The position numbers and the translations under genes are program-made. Under the pieces are notes generated by a model. It saw nothing but the letters and a program-made list of their open reading frames with translations. It was not told the DNA's origin and did no database searches. From positions 1,267,817 through 1,331,816 of the forward strand of contig MU006090.1 in NCBI GenBank assembly GCA_010093705.1: 64,000 nt of DNA, in the 5' to 3' direction. Numbering within the stretch: position 1 is the stretch's first letter; every line of letters begins with the position of its first letter. Source of the stretch: Patellaria atrata CBS 101060 (taxonomy: Eukaryota). Below, piece after piece: positions 11,163 to 22,489 of the stretch.

Positions 11163-13621
11163 TCACGGTCTAGGGTGCTGACCTGAAATACGGTCGTAAT
11201 CATAAGGGCTATTTTCACCATGCTGATGGTGATGTGCGTGAAGAAACGCTTGCTTAACCGCTTGTCTGACATCTCCAGTCGGCTGAGGTGCAATCTGAGA
11301 GTACTGAGCGGGGTTCATGTTGGCCGTGGGTACTCTCTCTACAGTATGCCCATGGTGGTTAGGTGGAGACAATGTACCACTCCCATCAACACTGTGGCCA
11401 CTCTGATCCTCTCGGAGTTTGCTTTCCTGGAGTTGCCTCTGTGCCTCTTCGCGAGCTAGGACATTTGGAGCTCTAGTCCTTAAATCGCCAGTGACTCCTT
11501 GAAGGTAGTAAGGGACCTCAAGCTTGCTTTTCAGGAAGAAGAGCTTCAGATTGCGCGCTTTATCTTTGAGCTGGACCTGGTTTCTGTCCTTAAGAACCTC
11601 GCTGATAGAGCCACCAGCGCCATAGAGGGCGAGGATCTGGCTCCAATGTGGTCCTTTGACTCGATCCACTCCATCCATGAGAGCTCTCTCCTCTTCCTCT
11701 GACCATGGACGTCGCTGGCTAGGTACTGTGGACTTTCTACCATTCGGTGGCCCCTTGGCTTGTGCAGCGGTACGTGCACGTTCATAAAGTACCTGGGTAG
11801 GTTCGCTCTGGGTGGGTGGTACTGGGGGTGCATCCAGCATCCCTGGAATTGTATGGTATGCCGATTGTCGTGGTTGACTGAATTCTGGGTACATGGTAGG
11901 ATTTTCGTCCTGTTCTAATTTGATATTAGGCATTACTATCTCTTGAGGTACCGCAATAGTAGCACCGTGGTTGATTTCCGCTTGGTCATAGCTCAGACCC
12001 GTCGATTCCGTTGAAAGAGATGGTGCATAGTTGTCGACATAAATGGATTCGCCAAAACGAGGAAGGATTTGTTGCTGTGGAGCAAGTTCTTATCAGTCGA
12101 TTGTTCCGAATTCCCGCATAAGACATACATGTCCGAGGACGAAAATTTATACGAGTTATATTACTCACACAATTCCCAAGTCGCTCTAAAAAGACCATCC
12201 AATTATATGTTTTGGCCAAAGAATCTAGTGTACCTCGTGTATCCTGTTCGGCGAGCAACTGTTGTCGACGAATACTAGCTTGAGCTAGGAAAGAATGTTC
12301 GACATTGTTGAGTTCTAAGCTAGGGTGTCGTGCGAGGAGGTGAGACGGCAAGTTTTTGGGGAAATAAGCACAAATAAGTTGTTGCTTAGATCTATTACCA
12401 GCGTACATTGAAGATATGTAAGCTTGTGTCTTTAGTTCCAGAAGGAGAGCACCCTGCAACTGTGATAAGAATGTCCCGGGACGCACAAATATCTCCAGGA
12501 ACCGGTCATGCAGCTCCCAAAATCCGATATGATTGCTGCCGAAAATACAGGAAACAAATGTCGCTACGTTGGCCTTATGTACTGATTCTACATGGTCTGG
12601 TCGGGTTATATTGAGTGCTCGTGGCTCTATGAAGTTCTCGTTATCACGGGTGTATGGTTTCTTGGTGTCTTCGAACAGAGTCCTCATTGCGGCGTAACTT
12701 TGTCCAGCAAGTGTTCGAGAGTCTGTTACTATTGCCACGATCTCCTGGAATGAACCTTTCGACAATGTAGCGAGGATATGATCGGCCTTATTCAGAACAT
12801 CAGCATGAGGAATAAATGAGGGAAAGAAAGCTGGTCACATACAGCTTGATCTAGTAGAGGTAAGTTCTGAATTATATATGATAAGCTAGCATCGTCAGGA
12901 ACAGGATTCACAGTCGTTTGTGCCGTTGTAGCATAATAGTCATAGCCCAGTTCGGGACTATTGGAGGAAACGTGAGTAGAGTTGTAGTTAGAGGGAAGGT
13001 GAGGAGAGGTATAAGAAGGTCTCTCTGTGAAGGTATGTGATTGCTGGGAGGTTATCTGGTAAGAATTGGGCTGTGGTGACGGTGAAAAGGCCTGATCTGT
13101 TACGTCTCCATATGATGGATTCGCATGTCCCAAGTTGGTAGTCGCATAATGCCCGGGGTATCCTGACGCTGGCTGGTCGTATTGCTGTTGCTCATACTGC
13201 ACCATGAATTGATCACTGACTCGTTGCAAGTGATCGGCATACACTGGTGGTGCAGAGGGAAGACCTGTAGGAACGGATACTAGGGACATCGAGTCATTTG
13301 CTTTACTTGAAGTCAGGATGCGCTGCGATGCAGTCCGTTTGAGAGGCTGGTCTGGATTTCTCAGGACTTCTCGTGAGCCGCGTCGTCTCTTCGACGGCCT
13401 CGAGACGATAGCAAAAGTATTAATCGAAGAATCGTTGTCCGAAGTTGAAAATTGCTGCGCTTCAGCAGGTCAGCACGCACATGACAAGAGGGCTGAAGCC
13501 GGGCGTGGGAAGCGTCCACTACAAGTTGCGCGGCACAGTTGAGAAGTTGATAGTATGGGTTAAGATAGAAAAATAAACTTGACTTACTGCGATCTTGAAC
13601 AGAGGTCGGGTTTGAAGGCAT
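11163..13621 (-). CDS. TBF1: Tbf1-like telomeric-repeat-binding factor (TRFH-like region plus C-terminal telobox Myb domain); about 4 exons
   Basis: [32 protein letters not shown]...[22 protein letters not shown]yb domain; KANVATFVS and [12 protein letters not shown]; short first exon [11 protein letters not shown] (13621-13588) with GTAAGT donor joins an ATG-less open frame upstream of 13289. Confidence 0.85.
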
Positions 13622-14621
13622 CGCAGATAGTATGCGAAGACTTTCTGCCCTACGTTAGGGCTGATAAGGGAGATTGTAGGGCTGAACAAAGTTGGGAGAG
13701 AACGATTGTCAGCTCATACAGACTATAGTAACCTTGCTGAGAGCCTTGCTTTTCCCATGCCGCTTTTCTTCTTCGCTACCCCACGGATGATTGAAAACGT
13801 CATCCCAAAGCTAATTGCACTGCCCCTATGTTATATGAATGTTATTGTAGTGTTGGCTATTTTGCGCGTGTATGTCACGTTGTCAGACGCTTCTTCTACA
13901 TATCCATTTTGGGTGCACACCATAATCGGATGGAGAAATGAGCGCCGAGCGTCATAAGGGACAGTTGTGCAAATAGAGAAGGTGTTAGCAACTCGCCGAC
14001 GGAAGTCAATTGTATTGTTAGCTTCGTAATGATAATAATAACGCGACTAAGAAACAGCCAAACCCGCCCCTGTAATGCGAAGCTGACCCGGTGATTTCAG
14101 CCTGACGAGCTAGACGGCTGTAGATTCTTCTTGGTAATACCTTCAAAACTTTCCATCGACTGAAACTGTATATCGATCTCTCTACTATTACCCATCTACG
14201 CAGGATGGAAACTGACATAGGGTATAAAGCTCAACGCGCATAGAAACTTGAACTTTTGAATCTAAGATTACCGTCCCCTTAATCCAAAGACTTTCGCCAT
14301 TCACACTCCTAGACCCTTCCGTTTTGGTCCGAAATGTCTGACAATAACTCCGTAGTGTGCCATTTTTCGTGTAACCGTAAGGATCTAAAAGTCCACGAAT
14401 TGGTTTCAAGCACCGTTTGACCAATCGTTGTTGAACATGGTAGAACGTAGCAGTGAGCTTTGCAACTTGTACCTGGCAGCTTCAGCATGCCGTGACGGAT
14501 CGGATCAGCTTTAACCAGAGAAGATTTGAATCTCAACGCTCGTGTTCACCGTTTGAGTCTGGCCACAGAGGGATGTTCTTGCAAATTGGTGCCGTGGTCG
14601 TAATAAACAATGAGGATAAAA

Positions 14622-14837
14622 TCATGGTCGACTCTTTCCTAGCGAGAATATGCCGGATCTCCTTTGCGATGAAGAAGATGTAGATGATGTCGGACTTGAT
14701 AGCTGTCGGGTTCTGTCGCTGCCAGATGACGAGCGGCGTCGCGTTTCTGCTAGGATGTCTTCCAAACTGACATTGCGGTCTGAATAGATCGGTTCTCTCG
14801 AGGTGTCGAGGTGCTCAGTAAACTTTGAAACCGTCAT
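14622..14837 (-). CDS. Small (71 aa) Ser/Arg-rich hypothetical protein
   Basis: Intact ATG ORF in good context (ATCAACATG), MTVSKFTEHLD...NVSLEDILAETRRRSSSGS; only plausible gene in a 2.8-kb gap. Confidence 0.5.
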   Translation of the reverse strand: MTVSKFTEHLDTSREPIYSDRNVSLEDILAETRRRSSSGSDRTRQLSSPTSSTSSSSQRRSGIFSLGKSRP

Positions 14838-16443
14838 GTTGATATATGTATTCGCCGATGAAAGATGAACCGATATGAGAATTCCCTGCTTCTAGTAGAG
14901 TCGAGGTCCGCGATGTCAATTTGAAGACTTGATCGAAGGAGAAGATATCGCGAATACTATGTGGTGGTAGTAGAGACTTGTATATGTTTAGGGGCTCAAA
15001 GAGAAACTAAGAGCTTTGCTATGTAAGGCCAAAACGACAGTTCTGGTGAAACTGAAGCTTCCCAGCTTCACTGCGCAATGAGTGTCAAAGAAGAAGTAGA
15101 CACGCGATATGAAAGGTACACAGAACATAAGGAACGGAGCGGACCCACACAGACTTTTGTATCTCCTTGTGCTCCTCTCACGGGACTGCTCCGCTATGGC
15201 TCTATGGGGCTAAGAGAGCGGATGGGCAAGCCACCAGGGCACCGCGTAGAGGGTTTGTCAATAATGGGAATAAAATTGGCATGTCGTGGTTGGGCAGGCA
15301 GGCAGATTGGAGAGCTAGTGGCAGGGTCTTACTCGAACGGCTCATCCTGTCATCCAACAACGGAGCGATTCGGGCACCGGTTTCTAGAGGCATGTGAGGG
15401 TCACGGAGGGTGTGGAGTTAAGGGTTTGTGGAGAGACCTGGACGTGCATGAGGATCTATTTTTGCACATCATCAAGGGACCGTTCCGAGGTGACCAGGAT
15501 GACGAAGGTGGGTGGAAGCATCTAGGCTTGCAGAGATGTGCAAAAGTCTGAAAAGAAGAGGGAAAAGACGGGTGATGATCAATCCTCCGCTTTCGCGAAC
15601 GCTGTTGCTGGTCAGTCTCTGCGGAAGCCGAGACCTCGGTTTTGCCACCGAAAACCCTTTACGGTAGTGGAATACATCCGTTTTCTTTGACCGTCCGATA
15701 CCGTTACAACTAATAATACTGCAGTATTAGTACTGTACAGTAAACGACAAGGTAAGGTAGAGCTCGATAGAAGGTACTAATATGGCCGGCATCGAGAAAG
15801 AAGAACGATCTTCAACTACCTGTGCTACCTCTAACCGAAGCGCGGGAAGATCCTCACTCCATACACAAATGCATGTCCATAACAAAAGGACAGATTCGAG
15901 GTATGCCGAAATTCGCCGCTTGCTTCTTTGTGATTTTGTCCCTTCAGAGCAAGCCGTACAGGACGGACCCCTTGGACTATCGGGTCTCGATCAACAATGC
16001 GCGGACGCATGTCTGAAAGCGAAAGCCCGACATACTGCTTAACTTTGCCATTGACCTAAAAGGGCTGCGTCTCTGCGAGGTGATCTTTTGGCCAAAGACG
16101 GTATGCAATATTGATGCTAAAACCAGTGAATGCAGCGCGCCAAATAGAACCTGAGAGTATAACCAAAATCCTGTCAACTTCTGCATTATCAGGTGCGTAC
16201 ACTGAATAGATTGCAAAGTTCCGTATTATACAACACCAACCGTCATAGAGCGTTATGGTCATGTTGGTCGTAAGTTTGGCCGACTTTACGCTGCATCGCA
16301 AGCCATCTGAAACACCGCAGGACGCTTGGAGACGTCATCGAGAAGATGACTTGTACGAGCGTACGACTGACTGCGCGGCCTCTTTTTTCGTACCTTCTTA
16401 GTTACCTATTATTAGGCGTCACGGCGTCTGAATATTTCATCCT

Positions 16444-18232
16444 CTAGTAACTGCCACCACGACCGCGTCCTCTGCCTCTATGGCCTCCTCCACCTTGGCG
16501 TCCCCTACTTCCACCCTTACCAAAAGATTTCCCGCCACGATTGTTCATCCGTTGGTGTTCTGTTCGAGGTCCGGCTTTTAACCTCGCAGCAATATCCTCT
16601 TCGCTGGAATCGAATGCATTTTTGATTTGTAATAATTCGCAGAATGCTTTCGTCTGAGGATTGTTATACTCACGTGGTTGCTGAGATACTTTTGGAACTT
16701 GCGTTGGATCGTAAACTGGAGCTGTCAGCTCAAAGTTCTGTGGAATGACCATCTTCCCACTTTTAACAACGTTCTGTTCAATCCACTCCTCTTGCTCTAT
16801 GATGAGTGATCTATAAGTGGCTTCGTCCTTAAGAGGAGGAACACGCGCGTCAGGATCTCCAAGCTGTAGTTCATTGGCAAATACTCGTGTGATCGCGAGC
16901 CATTCTTTGTCATACTCCAACTGGACTGGACTTTCGCCGTTTGGGCTTCCCTCAGATATACTGGCAATCTCGAGAATTTGGAGGAAGTTACGCCTCGGTA
17001 AGCATTTATCCAGAGCCAGAAAACGGGTAATATCGTTTGTGATATCCAGTGGTGGCGACTGTGGTTGTTGTCGTGGTGTTACGGCACTATCCGGATTTAG
17101 TGGATACGCAAACGATTCTGGTAATCGTGCTCGAATCTCCTCTGGAATATCACTACCCACGCTCGCGTCTTTCTTTTGGTCGGCGTTTACGTTCTTAACT
17201 GAATTACCTTCGTTGAGGGCTAATTCGATCTCATCTGGATCCGATATAATCTGGAATTTCTCGGGAATAGTGGGTTGGTTGGGCTCATCATCGTCCATCA
17301 TGTCAAGGTCGATTTCGTCCTCGTTACGAAGGAAAACTTTGTTTGAGGATTCCTGTGGTGCCGGTGGAGCTCCTTTTGGCTGTCTTAACACGTTCCCGTG
17401 GTTAACCACAGCGGAGTATTTTATGTGTAAATGTGCGCTAAACCAATATGATGGACGAAGACGCTCGAGGACTTGTTTTGCGGCGATACTCCCAAGTTGT
17501 CCCTCCCTCGCGTCAGCTTCAAACAAGCTCTTTTTCCGAAAGAGGTCACGATAGTCACCTTTCCACTCTACACCTTGGGGCCAGTCATGGCTGATACCGA
17601 CATCCACCTGAGTTCGAAGTTGTAACAATTTCCTCACATCCAGTTCTCGAACATGGTATGTGCTTTTAACATCATGAGAGCTGTATGGAAGTCTCTCATA
17701 GTGCGGTTTCCTATAGTTGTAGCCCTTCCAGATTCCACTGAGGCCAGCAATCCGTAATGGTCCTACTCGAATGACATTGGCTGCGCCCACATAGAAGATA
17801 TTTGGGGCAACCCAGCCACCATAGTATAATTCCCAAAGGTGGTTACTCGCTTCATGATTCCCACCGACAAAAATTGTAAGGTAGGGAGCCTTGCGTGCAC
17901 CGGAATAGTATTCATGAAAGTCGCCCATTTCGCGATATTTCATGGGTGCAGACATGCAATTCAGGTCGTATGCGTTCCGAACGGCCTATTCATGTTACTG
18001 TGTATTCGGGAGTTAAGTATAAGGTGGAAGTGCGTACCTGGAAATCCCCACCTATGATGAGAATATCAATTCCCGGCCATCCGTTGATTTCGCAGGTCTT
18101 GTCAATTGAAGCATAAATCGAGTCAAGTTTTCCGTGGCCCTAATACAAGAATTAGAATATACCTCAAGCTTTGAAATTGGTCGTACGAACGCAACCTTCC
18201 ACAGCCACTCTAAGACTTCGGTTGTTACCCAT
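16444..18232 (-). CDS. DBR1: RNA lariat debranching enzyme Dbr1; 3 exons
   Basis: MGNNRSLRVAVEGC|GHGKLD...LIIGGDFQ|AVRN, GGNHEASN, DVGISHDWP, YWFSAHLH, TRFLALDKCLPRR; RGG tail. Confidence 0.97.
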
Positions 18233-18590
18233 CGTTGATATTGAAGCTCACACCGAAAGGTTGCGAAGTCACCAGATGCTAGGTAGAAATTGAATAGATA
18301 TGCATGAATTTTTGTAGTAGAGCGGAGGTAGGAGCAACCCAGATTTTCTCTAAGTGATAGCTTAGTTAACGGTCAGCTTGCATTGCCGTAGATGTGAGGT
18401 GCAGCTCGGATTGAGTCATAGGAGATCCTGAAGCTTCAAGTTTCAATAATGCTAGATAATCACAAGCGAGACATTTCTTCATCTCAAATCTCACCACACG
18501 TCCTCCCGCCCCTTCATCTACTCCACCACTTATGATGTTTTTACCCTCCAATAAGGGATGATAATCATTCCTAGTGAATTATCCACCAAT

Positions 18591-19256
18591 ATGACATCTC
18601 CTGGGCCGAAGATCTCTTCTGAGGCAAAGAAACGCATGAATTTCCTGCATACTTCAGCACAATTTCTTGCATTTAGCTCCCCAGCCACCGCAGCTTTTTT
18701 GGGGTCTCAATGTGATCAGTACATTGAGACTAATAATATCACACTTAGGGATGATGAACATGAAGCGCGCCGAAGAGATACTTGCGGAGCTTGCGGTAAT
18801 ATCATAGTTTCCGGAGTGTCTAGTTCCATACACAAACGGACGATATCAGGACATCGGTTGAAAGATAATATGAGCTCAAAGAGTCCAAATCTACAAGGCC
18901 ATCTTGGAACGAAGGCAACGAATGTACTGACTTATCAATGCCCCCGATGCAATCGAAACTATAGACAGGTATATCAGAGCATGGTGCCTAAGGCCACTAA
19001 GACGAGCTTGCCGACTACTCGTGTCCAGATGGAAGATGCACCAGGAAGGGTACAGTCTATTACGGAAGACCGCTTAGGTAGCAGCAATTCGGATATCTCG
19101 ACTGCAACTACAGCCAATGCAAATAGTAAGAAGAGGGCTAAGGCGAGAAAGCAGGGAGGTCTGCAGGCTATGCTCGCGAAGAGCAAAAGTGATGCATCAA
19201 ATTCAGGAGGAAGCTCCGGCTTTGGTCTAGGTTTCATGGATTTCATGAAAAAGTAA
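18591..19256 (+). CDS. RNase P/MRP subunit Rpr2/Rpp21/Snm1 family zinc-ribbon protein
   Basis: RMNFLHTSAQFL, RRDTCGACGNIIVSG, LTYQCPRCNR (two CxxC), basic tail NANSKKRAKARKQGGLQAMLAK. Confidence 0.8.
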   Translation: MTSPGPKISSEAKKRMNFLHTSAQFLAFSSPATAAFLGSQCDQYIETNNITLRDDEHEARRRDTCGACGNIIVSGVSSSIHKRTISGHRLKDNMSSKSPNLQGHLGTKATNVLTYQCPRCNRNYRQVYQSMVPKATKTSLPTTRVQMEDAPGRVQSITEDRLGSSNSDISTATTANANSKKRAKARKQGGLQAMLAKSKSDASNSGGSSGFGLGFMDFMKK

Positions 19257-20510
19257 TGAATTCCACGACAAAAGACCGTTAATTCCTCTTTCGGATACAG
19301 AGGGCATCGGATTTTTGAGCATACTCTAATGAAGGAGTCAAAACTATCAATCCGTAACGCATTCAGATACCTCTAAGAATTCTCAAGACTCACACTCAGT
19401 AAGAGTCAATCAGGTGTGGAGCTCACACCACATTATGGGGCTCTCATCCGGTTGTTCTACAGTACCGCTTTGAATGAAGGGGCCGGATGTCGGGCCGGAG
19501 GAGGTGTCTCTGTATCGGATGGGTCCTCCGATACTTGGGTCCACGGTGGGAAGGTCGGCTGACTGCTGTCTCCTTGCAACGTCCTCCTCACCGCTACCCT
19601 ACCCTCTTCACCGAAGACGACGACAACGACACCACGCGAGGGCGTTTCCCCAACGCCTTTCTCCCAGGCCGAACAACAGGGCTCTTCATCTTCATTTTCA
19701 TCGTCGGAGCGAGAGGACGACGATGGTGGTGGAGGAGGGAGAGGAGGGATGGGAGCAGGAGGAGCAGCAGCGGGAGGGAGGATGAGAGGCGTTGCTGTTG
19801 CTGCTGTTGCTGCTAATGCTGCTAATGCTGCTGCTACTGCAGCTGGTGGTGGTGCTGTTACATCGACACCCCCTTCCAAAAAGGGTTAGAGGTTAAACAA
19901 AAGGGAAAGTCGAATTAAGTATACCTTACACACCCACTTCCCGGTGGTCATAATATAGTATCCGGATTTTATTACAGATTTGAATGGTCAGGTACTGCTT
20001 CTGTGCTTCATATTCGTGCTCAGACACGTCTTCAGGTACGGCTTAAGATACGTGCTCAGTCAGATACGGCTTCAATTTCAGCTATACTAACGTTTAGATT
20101 TGGTACCATGAAATAATACTTTTATAGCTTTGCACGCCCTTGGCTCTTAAGGTTCCCAGCGAAAAGTTCGACTACCTCTTTTGGCTATAGTGTATTGTAA
20201 TTAGCTATGGTTTTTAACTCTATCGCGAAATATATGTAAGCCCTGGTCGCGGACATTAGATAGAAAGAACTAGAACTCGTTCTTCTTGTTTCTAAAAGTG
20301 CTTGAATCCTCAAATCATTCTTAAATGGTTACTCCGTAAAAATCATGACACTTATTTTAAAATCATATCAGGTAATAGAACTAATAGATACTAATAAGAA
20401 AATTACCATCTCGAGTAGAGTAATTCCCAAGGCCTTATTGTTTCTACAGCAGGTACTATAGAAAAAGTTTGAGCAAACACCTAAAAAAAAATAAAATGAG
20501 AAAAAAATAT

Positions 20511-20598
20511 TTCGGATACCGGGAGTCGAACCCGGCTCTACCCGGTGCAATCCATTATAAATGAAAGCGGGTGATGCTAACCGATACACCATATCCGA
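20511..20598 (-). tRNA. tRNA-Glu(TTC) with a 16-nt intron
   Basis: Minus strand: TCGGATA acceptor pairs with TATCCGA; anticodon arm ACCCG-CT-TTC-A-[TTTATAATGGATTGCA]-C-CGGGT; T arm CCGGG-TTCGACT-CCCGG; followed by T-run terminator. Confidence 0.97.
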
Positions 20599-20804
20599 TT
20601 AACGAGAGCAGATTTTTATTTACGCTTATAACTTTTCTGTGCAGTGACCCTGTTTACCTGACAATGTAATGTGCATGGCTAGTTCTTGGGACAAGCTAAT
20701 CATTATTGTATACGTGTATAATCTTAATAATAGCTATTTATCGGGATAAATAACTCTAAATCTAGTAAAGTAGGGTCTAATATTTATATTTTCTTAATTT
20801 AACT

Positions 20805-21116
20805 TGTCACGGTTTGGTATTTACATACACACGTCCCGTGAACACGTGATCTTATCTCATCAGATAAGATCCCTTGGCATAACTGTCACGTCAACGATCC
20901 TTCGTAGCCTGTAGATAACTGTGACGATGTCACAGGTTATCATTTCCTACTTTCCCTTATTAATAGTAGTCGCGCCGAGGTTCTACCGCTACGTGCTTTA
21001 TACTAGTGGATCGCGCGATAATAACTTTTTCTTTCCTTAACTTAATCTCTTTACCTGTAGTTAGGTTATACTAGTTGCAATCCAATTCGATTCTCCACAG
21101 CCGCTACGCCGTCACA
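20805..21116. mobile_element. Putative solo LTR (about 312 bp)
   Basis: TGTCAC...GTCACA termini; TAAC direct repeat one base outside each end (20800-20803, 21118-21121); internal 10-bp inverted repeat GATCTTATCT/AGATAAGATC (20848-20871); GC-richer than AT-rich flanks. Confidence 0.55.
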
Positions 21117-21169
21117 ATAACCAGTTCTAATATATTCGTTAATACTCAATATTGTTAGTTTATCTACTA

Positions 21170-21877
21170 TGTTGACGTGCCCTTACATAACTTTATTTAA
21201 TATTTTTCTATAAAAGCGAGCGATATTAATGTTACGGCCACAAGTTGTAAGAACATGCAGTTGTCGAGTGAGGGGAAGGGAGAAGGACCACTCGGGGAAA
21301 CTGCGGGTGACTCTAGCGAGCAGGGTCACGTGACTTGGACGTTTGGACGTTCGGTCGTGGGAGGCGACCATACGACCGAACGACCACTAAATTGAACTGT
21401 GAAGGATAGGAATATTTAAGGACGGTCTTTCCCTCATGTATTTAGATTCTTCGTAGTTATTCTCACCATCAATCTTACCCATAAGATTTGGATGTTACGG
21501 TCTTGAACTTGACTTCACTTGTTACGCTGTCTCTATACAGTACGTCTTGTCTCATTGTGAGCGTTACCTGAAGTCAAGGAGTCAGCAAGTTGTATCGTCA
21601 ACTTGAAGTGCCTTTGTTATACGTATCCTATCACTTTGCCAAACCTACCCTAGTGGTTGACCACGTTAAGTGAGAAGCCAGGCGCGCTTCTAGACTTATC
21701 CTGTTCTGTCCCGATAAGTAAAGACTCCCGTTGTAACAATTAATTAATATATATTTGATTATATGTTTATTTTTAATTTATAGTCTATAAATATATAAAT
21801 AATATTTTAGTATACATAATTATATACTAGTTTTAACTATTTATAAGGCTAGATAATTAGTATACCGTTCCGTAACA
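21170..21877. mobile_element. Possible older, AT-rich (RIP-degraded) solo LTR interrupted by the 21230-21738 element
   Basis: TGTTGA...GTAACA ends with ACTA on both sides (21166-21169, 21878-21881); very AT-rich interior. Confidence 0.35.
21230..21738. mobile_element. Solo LTR (509 bp)
   Basis: Perfect 6-bp inverted termini TGTTAC...GTAACA with perfect 5-bp target site duplication ATTAA (21225-21229, 21739-21743). Confidence 0.8.
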
Positions 21878-21994
21878 ACTAGATAATTATTTAAATAGTA
21901 AAGAAATAATAGTTTCCTTTAATTTTCCTAGTAAGCTTTAAAGATTTAAAATAAGAACTAAAGATACTCTTCTTTTCTTAAGACTCTTTAAGAC

Positions 21995-22183
21995 TGTCAC
22001 AGCGAGTATCTTCGATACGTGGCATAGGTCAAAGCAGTACTCAATTGACTAAGAACAACAAGTTGAGGAGAGGACGCTATTTACAATCAGGGGAGAAATA
22101 TATTCCTTTGCCAAGGCTCGGGCCGACTATCTATCCCGTGGTAGCCCGAGCCGCTGTTGCGATCATAGATCCAGATCGTGACA
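21995..22183. mobile_element. Solo LTR (189 bp)
   Basis: Perfect inverted termini TGTCAC...GTGACA with perfect 5-bp TSD AAGAC (21990-21994, 22184-22188). Confidence 0.85.
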
Positions 22184-22489
22184 AAGACTATATCTAGTAT
22201 ACTATGCAATGTTATATGTACGTGCAGATGTACACCAATGCGAGGGGGAACCTTGAGCTGCACCTTCAATCGATAAGCGACACCCCACTACTAGCCCCAC
22301 GTCAGGGCAAAAAAAGTTTTGTCGAAACCTAAGGTACCTAAGATTCGTCATACACCAGACCGTGAAGTGGTCCTTGCGGTCTTTCCATAGCATTCTGCAG
22401 AGTTATATTATATATACTTCCATTCCTCTCAAGTACCTTCCTCAGACCGGTCGTTAGCTACCTCCGCATAAGATTCCTAAAACCAAACA

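Noticed and set aside
15078..15551. 157-aa plus-strand ORF
   Set aside because: No recognisable motif or codon bias; lies antisense in the probable upstream region of the 71-aa gene.
19410..19450. GGTGTG/CACACC hairpin followed by ATGGGGCTC, reminiscent of the RNase MRP RNA 3' conserved region
   Set aside because: The partner GAAAGTCCCC motif is absent upstream.
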